A DNA stretch of 64,000 bases from Eledone cirrhosa (lineage: Eukaryota). Made by a program: the position numbers and the translations under genes. Positions within the stretch are counted from its first letter, which is position 1, and each line of letters opens with the position of its first letter. Below the pieces are notes generated by a model. That model made no database searches. It was not told where the DNA came from and worked only from the letters and a program-made list of their open reading frames with translations. Location of the stretch: contig OZ024757.1 in the NCBI GenBank assembly GCA_964016885.1, forward strand, positions 41,788,001 through 41,852,000, in the 5' to 3' direction. Shown here one piece after another: positions 26,066 through 41,064 of this stretch.

Positions 26066-27446
26066 CTGCCTGTCACCCACCTTGTGTATTATCTCTCTGT
26101 CGACCACTGCCTGTCACCCACCTTGTGTATTGTCTCTCTGTCGACCACTGCCTGTCACCCACCTTGTGTATTGTCTCTCTGTTGACCACTGGCTGTCACC
26201 CACCTTGTGTATTGTCTCTCTGTTGACCACTGGCTGTCACCCATCTTGTGTATTGTCTCTCTGTTGACCACTGCCTGTCACCCACCTTGTGTATTGTCTC
26301 TCTGTTGACCACTGCCTGTCACCCACCTTGTGTATTGTCTCTCTGTAGACCACTGCCTGTCACCCACCTTGTGTATTGTCTCTCTGTTGACCACTGCCTG
26401 TCACCCACCTTGTGTATTGTCTCTCTGTCGACCACTGCCTGTCACCCACCTTGTGTATTGTCTCTCTGTTGACCACTGCCTGTCACCCACCTTGTGTATT
26501 GTCTCTCTGTCGACCACTGCCTGTCACCCACCTTGTGTATTGTCTCTCTGTCGACCTCTGCCTGTCACCCACCTTGTGTATTGTCTCTCTGTCGACCACT
26601 GCCTGTCACCCATCTTGTGTATTGTCTCTCTGTTGACCACTGCCTGTCACCCACCTTGTGTATTGTCTCTCTGTCGACCACTGCCTGTCACCCATCTTGT
26701 GTATTGTCTCTCTGTAGACCACTGCCTGTCACCCACCTTGTGTATTGTCTCTCTGTTGACCACTGCCTGTCACCCACCTTGTGTATTGTCTCTCTGTCGA
26801 CCACTGCCTGTCACCCACCTTGTGTATTGTCTCTCTGTCGACCTCTGCCTGTCACCCACCTTGTGTATTGTCTCTCTGTCGACCACTGCCTGTCACCCAT
26901 CTTGTGTATTGTCTCTCTGTTGACCACTGCCTGTCACCCACCTTGTGTATTGTCTCTCTGTAGACCACTGCCTGTCACCCACCTTGTGTATTGTCTCTCT
27001 GTTGACCACTGCCTGTCACCCATCTTGTGTATTGTCTCTCTGTCGACCACTGCCTGTCACCCACCTTGTGTATTGTCTCTCTGTTGACCACTGCCTGTCA
27101 CCCACCTTGTGTATTGTCTCTCTGTCGACCACTGGCCACTGATCTCTGAGGCATTAAATATCATCTGCCTGTCACCCACCTTGTGTATTGTCTCTCTGTT
27201 GACCACTGGCCACTGATCTCTGTCCTCTGAGGCATTATATATCATCTGCCTGTCACCCACCTTGTGTAGTGTCTCTCTGTTGACCACTGCCTGTCACCCA
27301 CCTTGTGTATTGTCTCTCTGTTGACCACTGCCTGTCACCCACCTTGTGTATTGTCTCTCTGTTGACCACTGGCCACTGATCTCTGTCCTCTGAGGCATTA
27401 TATATCATCTGCCTGTCACCCACCTTGTGTAGTGTCTCTCTGTCGA
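26066..27446. repeat. 41-bp minisatellite (~30 units)
   Basis: CTGCCTGTCACCCACCTTGTGTATTGTCTCTCTGT(T/C/A)GACCA head-to-tail without spacers. Distal units are interrupted by 30-40-bp inserts. Confidence 0.97.
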
Positions 27447-27756
27447 TCGCTGTTCTCTGTCCTCTGAAGCATTTTTGCCCCTCGCTGTCATTAACAGCAT
27501 TTGAATGTTAGTCTAGTGATGAGTTTTCTCATCTTTTATATGAAATTAATATAATAATAATAACAATAATATTAATAATAATGATTTTTTTTCTGTAAGA
27601 TTATAATGGGAATTTCAAAACATTTCATATTGATTGGGATTATTGAAGATTGGTATCAAAGAATCTTTAATTACAGGCATAGATTTTTAAGAAAGGAAAT
27701 AAATTTAGACACAGAAAAATAATTTATATTTAAACTAAATATATTAAATTAACATA

Positions 27757-28338
27757 ATAATAATTGTTTCTACTATAGGCACAAGGCCAGCAATTTTGGG
27801 GGAAGGGAAAGTCGATTAATCGACCCCAGTACGTTACTGGTACTTTATTTTATCGACCCCATAAGGATGAAAGGCAAAGTTAACCTCGGCAGGATTTAAA
27901 CTCAGAACTTAAAGGGCCGTAACTCTATGCCATGAAACAGGGTGTCCGACTCTCTACTGATACTGCCAATCCACCGCCGTAATATAATTATATAATCATA
28001 TTAATAATTGTTTCTACTTTTGGCACAAGGCCAGCAATTACCCCATTGTATTACTGGTACTTTATTTTATCGAACCTGTAAGGATGAAAGGTAAAGTTAA
28101 CCTCGGCAGGAATAATAATAATAATTGTTTCTTATATAGGCACAAGGCCAGCAATTTTGGCGGAGGGGGAAGTCGATTAAATCGACCCCAGTGCGTGACT
28201 GGTACTTTATTTTATCGACCCCGTAAGGATGAAAGGCAAAGTTAACCTCGACGGGATTTGAACTCAGAATGGCAAGGGCCATAACTCTATGCTGGAAAGC
28301 ATGGCGTCCGACCTTCTACCGATACTGCCAATCCACCC
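27757..28338 (-). mobile_element. Three adjacent Meta-domain-like SINE copies
   Basis: Copies at 27757-27978, 28005-28112 (partial) and 28113-28338, with (TTA)n tails. Confidence 0.85.
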
Positions 28339-28664
28339 GTAATAATAATAATATAACCCTCCCACAAACATCCACATATCCATATAAAAAAACAAAACAC
28401 ACAAAAGAAACTCCTTGATAAAAAAAAACTGTCGAAATATTTAAAATGAAGATTTTTCTAAAATCTAAGTCGTTTGATGTGATTCATTCGACACTTTCTT
28501 CTGTGAATTAGGAATTGTGTTGTATTGTTGAACAGTGACGTGCCAGAAATATGGGGGGAAAGTGTCAAAGACATCCCACCCCATCCCCACCACACCACCA
28601 CAGAACATCTTACCTCCACCCCTTCTCTCTAAAAATAGGTAAAAACAAGAACTACAACAAGATC

Positions 28665-29525
28665 ACCAATAATACCACACCAACAACACTACCACCACCA
28701 CCACCATTAACAACACCATCATCACCACCACCACCAACACCACCATCATCATCACCACCACCAACACCACCATCATCACCACCACCACCAACACCACCAT
28801 CATTAACAACACCACCAACACCACCATCACCACCACCAACAATAACAACATCAATAAGAAATCAAACCCCACCAACATCACCACCACCATACCAAACCCA
28901 CCACCACCCTCACACGACCACCAACATCACCACACCACCACCACCACACCACCATCAACATCACCACCACCACCACACCACCACCACCACCACAACCACC
29001 AACATTACACCAACACCACCCTCACCACCACCACCACAACCACCAACATTACACCAACACCACCCTCACCACCACCACAACCACCAACATTACACCAACA
29101 CCACCCTCACCACCACCACCCTCACCACCACAACCACCACCCTCACCACCACAACCACCACCACCACAACCACCACCACACCACCAACACCACCACCACC
29201 ACACAAACACCACCACCCTCACCACCACAACCACCACACCACAACACCACCAACAACACACCAACACCACCACCAACAACACCACCACCATATCACTACC
29301 ACCACCACCACCACCACCACCACCACCACCACCACCACAACCACCACCACCACCACATCACTACCACCACCCTCACCACCACCACATCGCTACCACCACT
29401 ACCACCACCACCACCACCACACCACCACCACCACAACACCACCACACCACCACTATCACCACACCACCACAACCACCACAACCACATCACCACCACCACC
29501 ATCAATAACCAATCAAACCTCACCA
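28665..29525. repeat. (CCA/CAC/CAA)n low-complexity tract
   Basis: Trinucleotide degenerate repeat. Source of the Pro/Thr/His ORF. Confidence 0.9.
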
Positions 29526-29811
29526 TAATATTGATTACTCTACAATTCTACATTTAGTTTTTATCAATCAGAAAATGGATTAAATAATAACTTTTTTTTT
29601 TTTCTATTTTATTTTTCTGTGTTCAATAATAATTGTATCGATATTTTAACTGTCAATTTGTCACAGCTTAGAGAAGTGGCTTCTTAACAGTCTGAGAGAG
29701 GTTATAGGGTTCACTGTGGGGGCAGGGGGAGGGTGGGGTGGGAGAGGTGTGGGGGGGGGGGGGGGTCTTTTGAACAGTCAACATCTATTTCATCTTCATC
29801 ATTGATGACAG

Positions 29812-30207
29812 TGAGGAGAGGTGTCAGGGAGAGGAGAGAGAGAATAGAGGTGTCAGGAAGAGGAGAGAGATGAGAGAGAGGTGTCAGGGAGAGGAGAGAG
29901 AGGTGTCAGGAAGAGGAGAGAGGTGTCAGGGAGAGGAGAGAGAGGAGAGAGGTGTCAGGGAGAGGAGAGAGAGGAGAGAGGTGTCAGGGAGAGGAGAGAG
30001 AGGAGAGATAGAGGTGTCAGGGAGAGGAGAGAGAGAGGAGAGAGGTGTCAGGGAGAGGCGAGAGAGAGAGGTGTCAGGGAGAGGCGAGAGAGAGAGAGAG
30101 AGAGAGGAGAGAGGTGTCAGGGAGAGAGAGAGAGGGGAGAGAGGTGTCAGGGAGAGGAGAGAGAGAGAGAGGAGAGAGGTGTCAGGGAGAGGAGAGAGAG
30201 GGGAGAG
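29812..30207. repeat. GAGAGGTGTCAGGGAGAG minisatellite with variable (GA)n
   Basis: About 14 GGTGTCAGG cores. Confidence 0.9.
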
Positions 30208-30256
30208 ATGACAACTTTGTTGTTGACTGTCAGAACATGGAAAAAGGTATGACTGT

Positions 30257-30652
30257 GTTGTTAGGACCCCCAGCTATTGCTGTGTGGTGAGGTTGTTAGG
30301 CCCCAGGTGTGGCCATGTGGTGAGGTTGTTAGGACCCCCAGCTATTGCTGTGTGGTGAGGTTGTTAAGCTCCAGGTGTGGCCATGTGGTGAGGTTGTTAG
30401 GACCCCCAGCTATTGCTGTGTGGTGAGGTTGTTAAGCTCCAGGTGTGGCCATGTGGTGAGGTTGTTAGGACCCCCAGCTATTGCTGTGTGGTGAGGTTGT
30501 TAAGCTCCAGGTGTGGCCATGTGGTGAGGTTGTTAGGACCCCCAGCTATTGCTGTGTGGTGAGGTTGTTAAGCTCCAGGTGTGGCCATGTGGTGAGGTTG
30601 TTAGGACCCCCAGCTATTGCTGTGTGGTGAGGTTGTTAAGCTCCAGGTGTGG
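30257..30652. repeat. 68-bp dimeric minisatellite (~6 units)
   Basis: Two alternating ~34-bp subunits sharing TGTGGTGAGGTTGTTA. Confidence 0.95.
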
Positions 30653-31026
30653 TTGTGATGTTAAAGAGTTCACTTTGCTTCACAACCACACGTTTTCTGG
30701 TTTAAATCTCATTCCAAGGTGACACCTTCAACAGGTATTTTTACCAATAGTCTCACATTGACTAATGCCTTGTGAGTGAAATTTGGTAGACAGAAACTAA
30801 ATGGAAGCCTGTCATATATATATATATATATATGTGTGTATGTATATATATATGTGTGTATGTATATATATATATATAGAGAGAGAGAGATACATACATA
30901 TAATGCAGAATGCGAATGAATTTTTACATGTAGAATTGTGTTTTGTTGGAAAATGTGTAAATCGGACACAATTTCATATATATATACATTTTTATATACC
31001 ACACACACACACACATATATATATAT

Positions 31027-31070
<44 letters not shown>

Positions 31071-31171
31071 CCATAATTATATATTGACTTACTTTTAACA
31101 TAGATGTATCTTTAATCACACACATGCATATATATATATATATATTATATGTATGAATTTTTATGTATATT

Positions 31172-31207
<36 letters not shown>

Positions 31208-31808
31208 CTGATATGTATATGTATATATTTGTTTTTTTTTTGTCATGTTGTTAAAATGTGACAACAGTTATGAAGAATGTATCACATGATTTCATGGTCC
31301 AGTGAACATGTCTTAAAGAATGGGTTCCCTCCACATCATGTCATGGTAGACTTACTTCAGTGTAAATACAGAGATCTTTGACACTTTCAATATCTATTTC
31401 TTGGTGACATATCTCACAAGAATTAATGGTATTACATCTTAGACTCCATTCCACCATTCCACAGCAGCAGCTGATAGTTTTGGTTTGAATATGAAGGAAT
31501 ACAGTGTATGTGGTGGGGGGGTGTATTATATACGCACACACACACACACACACTTATATATCATCATCATCATCATTTAACGTCCGTGTTCCACGCTTGC
31601 ATGGGTTTGGATGGGGGTTTTCCCACTTGAGGCAAGAGTGATTGTCTTGCTCGCATAGGACTGTCTGGCAGGTTTTCTACAGCTGGATGCCCTTCCTAAC
31701 ACCAACCACATTTACAGTGTAGGACTGGGAGGTTTTTACCGTGTTGCCTACATGGCCACATTACAGCGTGGACTGTGTGTTTTTTTGTCGTGACACCTAC
31801 ACGATCTC

Positions 31809-31847
<39 letters not shown>

Positions 31848-32740
31848 TCATCATCATCATCGCTTAACGTCCAATTTCGACGCTAGTATGGGTAGGCCGA
31901 GCCGTCCCTTTATGAAAGATCAGGTCTGGAGACGATGTTTCACTCACACAGAACTGATTTGGACTTGGTTTCTATGGCTGGATGCCCTTACTAATGCCAA
32001 TATATATATATACACGAACACACAAAAGAGGTGCTGAAAAGTTTCTGGCTTTGTGTGTGTGTGTGTGTGTAAATGAGGTTGGTGTTAGGAAGGGCATCCA
32101 ACTGTAGAAACCAAGCTAAAACCAGTTCTATTTGAGTAAGACATGGTCACCTGACCTGGTATTGCCCAGAACAGGACAACTCATCTAACCCATGCTAGCG
32201 GGAAAAAATGGACATAAAACGGTGATGATGATGATGTATATATATATATATTTATATGTATGTATATATATTATGTTCATACCTAGAACTAAGGTGCTGG
32301 GTGTGTTTATCAAGTAGATCACCAACATTGGGAAGGTTGTCATGTCCTTCACACAACTGATGGATCTTCTGGCAAGATTTCTATGGCTAGAAACCCTTCC
32401 TATGACCAAAAACTTTACAGAGTGTATTGGGTGCATTTATTGCATAATAACCACCAGAACCACAATGAAATATTGGGTGAAAAGTGACTTTTTAAAAATA
32501 CTGTTGTTACCTCAAGTACGGATAAAGAAAAAAATTGGAGTTTCCAATCAATATTTATCTGAAGTAGCATTACATAAGTCAATGACATCGATATATTGTT
32601 CATATATTGATTTTGGCTTTCACATAGATCACTTATTCAATGATTGATTTAGTTACTTGTGATTCCTTGCGGTGACAAATGATTAAGAAGGCCTGACTAT
32701 CATAGCTATCATGGTTAATTTCCCAGGAGGGACTACTAGG

Positions 32741-32787
<47 letters not shown>

Positions 32788-32913
32788 ATATATATATAAA
32801 AACCTAGTAGTCCCTCTATCTATCTATCTATATATATAGATAGATAGATAGATATATGTATATATATATATATGTGTGTATGTATGTATATATATAAATA
32901 TATTTATATATAT

Positions 32914-32951
<38 letters not shown>

Positions 32952-32976
32952 ATATATATATATCTATATATCTATA

Positions 32977-33056
<80 letters not shown>

Positions 33057-33301
33057 TATATATATACATAGAGAGAGAGAGATGTGCCCAGCTTAGAAAC
33101 TAAATCAAATCAAATGCCTACAATATAACAATATATTAAAATTCCTATCCACCTGGATATTCTTGGATATTTTTTGGATATTTGTGGCAGTGCAGGCTAA
33201 AAGTTATAAGAAATACCAAACCAATCTTTGTCACATCTGTCACTGTTGTGGACAGCAACAACATCGTGTTAGACATACTTTAGCTCATACAAACTTTCAA
33301 C

Positions 33302-33589
33302 TTCACCCTTTACCATTTACATTACTCTATATATACTATTGTATTTTCACAGTAGAGGCTTTACCTCACATAATATCTCACATAACATTTACATTACTCT
33401 ATATATACTATTGTATTTTCACAGTAGAGGTTTTACCTCACATAATATTGAATCTATGAGATTTTGGTGTTATTTATTTTGAGAACAATACCTTGATGTC
33501 AGTATGAGTGGATTGTTATGGCCGGTTTGAACAGAAAGAGGTGAGAGAATTCTGACCGGTTACAATCGGTTTAAATACTAAAGGGTTAA
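33302..33589. mobile_element. piggyBac-like MITE (2 internal units)
   Basis: TTCA-CCCTTTACCATTTA...TAAATACTAAAGGG-TTAA. Homologous to 12915-13327. Confidence 0.75.
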
Positions 33590-33767
33590 ACCACACAAGA
33601 AACTGAAGAGTTAATATATTGCCTGTAGCAATGTAAGTTTTCTCTGGCTTCTTATGATATTCCATGTCATAGGTTTCTTGATTGTTTTAATGAAAGTGGA
33701 TTTCACTTCTGTCATGTGACAATTCCCACTAATGTCAGTTAATTCAGCTTAAACCAGAAACCATTAT

Positions 33768-34250
33768 TATTTGGCAGTATCGGTATAGGGTCGGACGCCA
33801 TGCTTTCCAGCATAGTTACGTCCCTTTACAGTCTGAGTTCAAATCCCGCCGAGGTTGACTTTGCCTTTCATCCTTACGGGGTCGATAAAATAAAGTACCA
33901 GTAATGCACTGGATAATTGCTGGCCTTGTGCCTAAAGAAGAAACAATTATTATTTGTTTTTGAGTTCAAATCCCTCCGAGGTTTACTTTGCCTTTCATCC
34001 TTACGGGGTCGATAAAATAAAGTACCAGTAATGCTCTGGGTAATTGCTGGCCTTGTGTCGAAAGTAGAAACAATTATTATTTGTTTTATTGTGTTGTCTA
34101 TTATTATTATTATAAATCCCATCAAGGTTAACTTTGCCTTTCATCCTTACGGGGTCGATAAAATAAAGTACCAGTAATGCACTGGGGTCAATTTAATCGA
34201 CTTTCCCCTCCCCCCAAATTACTGGTCTTGTGCCTGTAGTAGAAATCATT
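33768..34250 (+). mobile_element. Three tandem/partial Meta-domain-like SINE copies
   Basis: GCCTTTCATCCTTACGGGGTCGATAAAATAAAGTACCAG occurs three times. Confidence 0.85.
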
Positions 34251-34870
34251 ATTCATGATGATGATGATGGTGATGATGATGGTTATGGTGATGGCGGTGA
34301 TAATGATGATAGTGGCGATGGTGATGATGGGGGTAACGATGATAGTGGTGGTGATGATGATGATGATGGAGGATGTATTTCTACATACAGTTAAGTAAAT
34401 ATATAAGGAACTATATTTCTGTGTGGGTTTGACTGAATACTGTAATATTTCAGGGAAGTAGGAGAGGGGGATGGGGTCGTACGCATGTGTGGGCGGGGGG
34501 GGGGGGGGGGGGGGGTGTAGCATTAATTTAGTTGAATTAATATAATTCTTTGATTGTCTAACTGCAATTAGACAGATGTAAAACGGTAAAACTATAATTG
34601 ATGGCAAACTTCAATAAATTCCATCCATTTTTGGTTCTTGTGAAGAGATTTTCTATAAACGGTTGGAACTGGAATGAAAGCAATCACTATATCCATATTC
34701 ACTTATAATTACAGAGAAATAATTAGGACTTAAAATAGAAATTGTTAAAATCTCTTTCCAACTTTTGCTTTCTGGCAATTAGCTAAAATGATTAGTTGTT
34801 GATATAATTTTGATTGAGACTGTGCTTAGGAATATGAGGAGAAATATAAGGTCATATATATATATATGTA

Positions 34871-34912
<42 letters not shown>

Positions 34913-34924
34913 TATATATATATA

Positions 34925-34966
<42 letters not shown>

Positions 34967-36093
34967 TATATATATATATATATATTATATATATATATTA
35001 TATATATATATTATATATATATATATATTATATATATATATATTATATATATATATATTATATATATATATATTATATATATATATATTATATATATATA
35101 TATATATTATATTTATATATATATATATTATATATATATTATATATATTATATATATATTATATATATTATATATATTATATATATTATATATATTATAT
35201 ATATATTATATATATTATATATATTATATATATATTATATATATATTATATATATATTATATATATATTATATATATATTATATATATTATATATATATT
35301 ATATATATTATATATATATTATATATATATTATATATATATTATATATTATATATATTATATATATATATATTATATATATATATATATATAATATATAT
35401 ATATATATTATATATATATATATATAATATATATATATGGTAACTTGATATTCTTGAAATAGCAACCAATTTTCTCTTACATCAACCCCACCTGCCTTTC
35501 TTCTGTTTTCCACGTACTATCAATGCAACCTGTATGTTAGGAATCTTAAACATGGGACTTGCAAACCACTTTTTTATTGCCTGCAGCAAAACAATTTTCA
35601 TGACTATATATATATTATATATATTATATATATATTATATATATTATATATATATATATATTATATATATATTATATATATATATTATATATATATATAT
35701 ATTATATATATATTATATATATATATATATTATATATATATATATTATATATATATTATATATTATATATTATATATATATATATATTATATATATATAT
35801 ATATTATATATATATATATTATATATATTTATATATATATATATTATATATATATTATATATATATATATTATATATATATATATTACATATATATATAT
35901 ATAAATATTACATATATATATATATAAATATTATATATATATAAATATTATATATATATATATATTATATATATATATTATATATATATATATATTATAT
36001 ATATATAAATATTATATATATATATATATTATATATATATATTATATATATATATATATTATATATATATAAATATTATATATATATATATAT

Positions 36094-36167
<74 letters not shown>

Positions 36168-36180
36168 ATATATATATATA

Positions 36181-37371
36181 GCAGGGACTAGAGAGAAAGG
36201 GCCTCAAAGTCAACATGACAAAGACTAAGGTCCTTGTAAGTAGACGAGAAAACAGAACCCAGATCCCCTCAGGGAAATGGCCTTGCTCAGTATGTAGGAA
36301 AGGTGTAGGTAGGAACTCCATTCTCTGCCCCAAATGCAAACAATGGGTACACAAGAGATGTAGCGGGATCTCAGGAAGCTTAATTAAGAATGTAGGATTC
36401 ACATGCAGCAGCTGTGCTGAAACAGCAAGCAAACAGCCACAGGAAACAAGTACCACCAATCTCTGGGAGGGCCCTGTAGAAACAGTAGACAGCTTCTGCT
36501 ACCTAGGTGACCGAATTAGCAATGGAGGTGGGTGCTCAGAAAGTACAATAACTAGGGTAAGAACGGGATGGAAGAAGTTTAGGGAACTACTACCACTGCT
36601 AGCTGCAAAAGGCTTCTCCCTCAGAATGAAATGCAGACTGTATGATGCGTGTATCCGAACAGCGATGTTGCATGGTAGTGAGACCTGGGCGCTGAAGGTG
36701 GAAGACTTACGTAGATTAGAGAGAAACGAAGCCTGCATGCTCCGATGGATGTGTAACAGTAATATACGTGAACGACAAAGCATAAAGGAATTGAGAGAGA
36801 GACTGAGCATAAGAGGAATCAAATGCTGCGTGCAGGAGAGGCGGTTACGCCGGTATGGACATGTGATGCGTATGAAGGATGACAGCTGCATAAAAAGGTG
36901 CAGAGCACTAGAAGTTGATGGAAACCGCGGAGTGGGGAGACCCAAGATGACTTGGGATGAGGTGATAAAAGCCGACCTTACCCAACTACACCTCTCAAAG
37001 ACAATGACACACGACCGTGACTTCTGGCGTCACGCAGTAATACAGGGTACCCGACCTCCCATGGGTACATGCTGAAGCATATAAACAATATGCCCCCACT
37101 CCCCCCACCGCAAGGTGGTCGTGGAGGTGCCACGGCAAAAAAGCACCCAGCCCACACTGTAAAGTGGACGTGTAGGCGCCACGAAAAAGCACCCAGCACT
37201 CACTGTAAATGAGGTTGGTGTTAGGAAGGGCATCCAGCTGTAGAAATCAAGCCAGATCAGTTCCTGTATGAGCAAGGCATGGTCAGCCGACCAGACACTG
37301 CCCACAACAGGACAACCCGTCTAACCCATGCTAGCGTGGAAGAACGGACGTAAAACGGTGATGATGATGAT
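36181..37371 (+). mobile_element. 5'-truncated RTE-clade LINE (ORF2 C-terminal part 36215-37075, 3' UTR, (GAT)n tail)
   Basis: Nearly identical to the 54176-55380 copy. Motifs NMTKTKVL, FCYLGD, LRRYGHVMRM and GRPKMTW. Confidence 0.95.
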
Positions 37372-37402
<31 letters not shown>

Positions 37403-37463
37403 ATATATATATATATATATTATATATATATATAGTATATATATATATAATATATATATATAT

Positions 37464-37494
<31 letters not shown>

Positions 37495-38188
37495 GTAGAA
37501 TAATCGAGTATCGAAAAATCGGCGCACGAGTTCACGATAAACAAAATTCGAGATGAGCGGCAGAGGGCTCTATAATTCAAATAAATTAGAGCTATGACTA
37601 TCGTTAAATACCGTCACACGTAGAATATGTCTACAATCAACCAAATAACCGATAAGTTCGATATGGAAGATTCGGGACACTCAGATAAATTATCAATAAA
37701 TCAATAAATGAAATGAATGTAAAATGCATACCCGGACCCACTAGAGAGATGGAATATCTAGCTTCTTGGGTTTCTGTAAATCCTTAAACCGCCATCTATC
37801 AGCTCATATAAAAATATAAGACTTACAGATAGCGGGGGACTGGAGTTACTTTATCAACGAGCTTCATCCGAATGGATGGAAAGACAAGACCCAGGCTTAA
37901 AATACGCACATGGATTTCAGCAAGGGAGATAACCTTTATATCCGCAAAAATATTCGGAAAAGTGTGGCAAAAACACATATCGAATAAGAGTGCTCAATAG
38001 ACATGTTAAAATAAACAGGGGCTATTAATCATTTAATAGAATCGACAAAAAATGAACAATAAAATTAACTGGTCAATAGCTAGTCTAGAGCTAAATATAG
38101 TAGAATAATCGAGTATCGAAAAATCGGCGCACGAGTTCACGATAAACAAAATTCGAGATGAGCGGCAGAGGGCTCTATAATTCAAATA
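37495..38188. mobile_element. Family G element: 605-bp unit with identical 89-bp terminal direct repeat
   Basis: 37495-37583 equals 38100-38188. TA-flanked, no ORF. Confidence 0.88.
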
Positions 38189-38193
38189 TATAT

Positions 38194-38225
<32 letters not shown>

Positions 38226-38272
38226 ATATTATATATATATATAATATATATATATATTATATATATATATAT

Positions 38273-38439
<167 letters not shown>

Positions 38440-38440
38440 A

Positions 38441-38510
<70 letters not shown>

Positions 38511-38520
38511 ATATAAATTA

Positions 38521-38748
38521 AAAGTATAGAAATTATTGTAGCAAGAAACCAACAGTATTCCATAATATATAAGTGACTATAGCGTCAAAATGGAAAAATA
38601 GTTAACGTAAGATGTGGGAAAATAATTCAAACTCAATTCAAAAAGAATCAGGATATAGATTCATCCACAGAATTTGGTGAAATCCAGGGAAAAATCAATA
38701 GAGCCTTAACTCAGAGTAAAATAAAATTTAAAATACTCATCCTTCAAT

Positions 38749-38780
<32 letters not shown>

Positions 38781-38905
38781 ATATTATATATATATATTTT
38801 TTTTTTCCCACATCTTACGTTAATTATTTTTACATTTTGACGTTATAGTCACTTATATATTATGGAATACTGTTGGCTTCTTGCTCACAATAATTTCTAT
38901 ACTTT
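38521..38905. repeat. Inverted repeat with ~100-bp arms
   Basis: 38521-38622 is approximately the reverse complement of 38803-38905. Confidence 0.9.
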
Positions 38906-39419
38906 CATTAATATATTATATTATATATACATACATATATATATATATTATATATATATATTATATATATATATTATATATACATACACAAGGCATGTGA
39001 TTTGGTGGTTTGATAGTTGGATTTGCAATCGTGGGGTTGTGAGTTCAATTCTCGGACCGGGAGATGTGTTGTGTTCTTGATTAAGACACTTTATTCTTCA
39101 CGTTGCTCCTTCTGGCAGTTGTCAGCAATGGAAAGACCTTAGCAGCTGATCACTACTGAGGTGTTGATTAAAAAGATTCAAAGGTTAGTCTTCCATCCTC
39201 TACAGATTCGATCTTAGATCTTCTGATGTAGAATAACCCTTGCTAGAAGATGTCACATACTTGAGATTGAACCCTCAAACCTGTGGTATGATCTTCAAGT
39301 GTATTTCTTAAACATTCGACCAGGCTGCATCCACATTATAGACACACACAGATGAACAAACACACACACATACACACTTGGAAGAATACAGAGATTATAT
39401 AAGTTGTAAAAACAATTAA

Positions 39420-39477
<58 letters not shown>

Positions 39478-39666
39478 TTAATTGTTTTTACAACTTATAT
39501 ATATATATACAACTTATATATATATATAAGTTGTATATATATATAATGTATATATACATATGTGTGTGTGAGTGTATATATATATGTGTGTGTGTATATA
39601 TATGAATATGTGTGTGTATATATATATATGTGTGTGTGTATATATATGTGTGTATATATATATATA

Positions 39667-39705
<39 letters not shown>

Positions 39706-40514
39706 GAATATGTGTGTATATATATATATATGTGTGTGTGTTGTAAGACAAAAATAGACAGGTAGATGTTTTTCAACAATCTACAAAAGTAACTGTTTTT
39801 TTTTTATTTGTTATATTTTTTTTGTTTTTTTTTAGATTTTCTTTCATTTTTTTTTTTTTAATTATACCAGAAGCTTCAAGATGCACAAGTTTTTTTTTTA
39901 CTGGATTAAAAATATTATTATTATTATTACTATTATTATTATTATTATTTACAATTCCCTATATTTTTTTTTTAAATACAGAGTTTAACTTCTTCCGTTT
40001 TCTCTAGCAAGTCTTACAATATCATCTCCCCAGGGGTTTTGAAGGGGAGGGGGTCGGTTATTTCACTTTTGTTATTTTTTGTTTTCTGGATTTGTATATA
40101 TATATATATATATATTCTTTTTTTTTTTACCTGGTTGCTGGTTGTTGTTTAAGTATTTCTCCTATTTGTGGGTATATATATGTGTGTGTGCGTGTGTGTG
40201 TAGATATATATAGATATGTGTGTGTGTGTAGATGTATATATATATATACATACATCTACACACACACACATATATCTATATATATCTACACACACACACA
40301 TGTGTATATATATATATATATATATACATGTGTGTGTAGATAAATACGCATGTGTGTGTGTGTGTGCCTGTGAATATATTTATATATGTATGTATATATT
40401 TATGAATGTGTACTTATACACTTGTACACACACACACACGTGTGTGTGTGTGTACATGTGGGTGTATTTGAATGGATGTATAAATGTGTATCTATGTAAA
40501 GATTTGTAAACATA

Positions 40515-40816
40515 TATCATCATCACCATCGTTATCATTATCATCATCGTTATCATCACCATCATCATCATCATCCACAGTATCAGCAGTATTTTCCTTG
40601 TTTGCATGAGTTGGATGGGAGTTCTCTTTCAGTACACCATCTCTCCATTCATAGTGATCCTTCGTCATCTATCACAATCTCTGCCCAGGTCTTCCATGGT
40701 CTTCTTCTACTGCAGGTCTTCCTCTACTTCCATGGTCTTCCTCTACGGCACTTCTTCATCCAGTGATAATCATAAGCATCACATGTCCAAACCACCAAGT
40801 TTATCTCTCCTGCACA

Positions 40817-40820
<4 letters not shown>
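40515..40820 (-). pseudogene. Decayed RTE-like ORF2 3' fragment
   Basis: Minus strand tggtttggacatgtgatg (WFGHVM), CRRGRPWK, and a (GAT)n tail. Confidence 0.6.
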
Positions 40821-40871
<51 letters not shown>

Positions 40872-40920
40872 ATTTTTTTCAGATTCTGCCCTGCCCATCC
40901 CCTCAATCTTTCTAATTTCT

Positions 40921-41046
40921 TTGTTCTGATGAAGGACTAGCATCCAAAACGTTAAGACCCTCTTCTTGCTATTTCAAGCGTTAAACTAATATATTCCTTT
41001 CATGTACTGTACTGTTTGTTTTGTTTTTTTCTGTTTACCTTTTACA
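40921..41046 (+). mobile_element. Family F 3' end with decayed minimal HHR (40921-40958)
   Basis: CTGATGA-agga(ctagca)tcc-AAAA-cg-TT-aagac. Tail homologous to 63505-63590. Confidence 0.65.
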
Positions 41047-41064
41047 TACATATATATATATATA

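Noticed and set aside
26066-27446. CRISPR-like array
   Set aside because: 41-bp units are contiguous with no unique spacers, there are no cas genes, and the context is eukaryotic. It is a minisatellite.
28551-29528. 325-aa Pro/Thr/His-rich extensin-like ORF
   Set aside because: Degenerate (CCA)n tract with no consistent codon structure or splice evidence.
34810-35944. Long Tyr/Ile ORFs (and all similar [12 protein letters not shown] ORFs)
   Set aside because: Translations of (TA)n/(CA)n microsatellites.
39110-39200. Mariner transposase relic (ERP*QLITTEVLIKKIQRLV)
   Set aside because: Too short and interrupted to support without a search.
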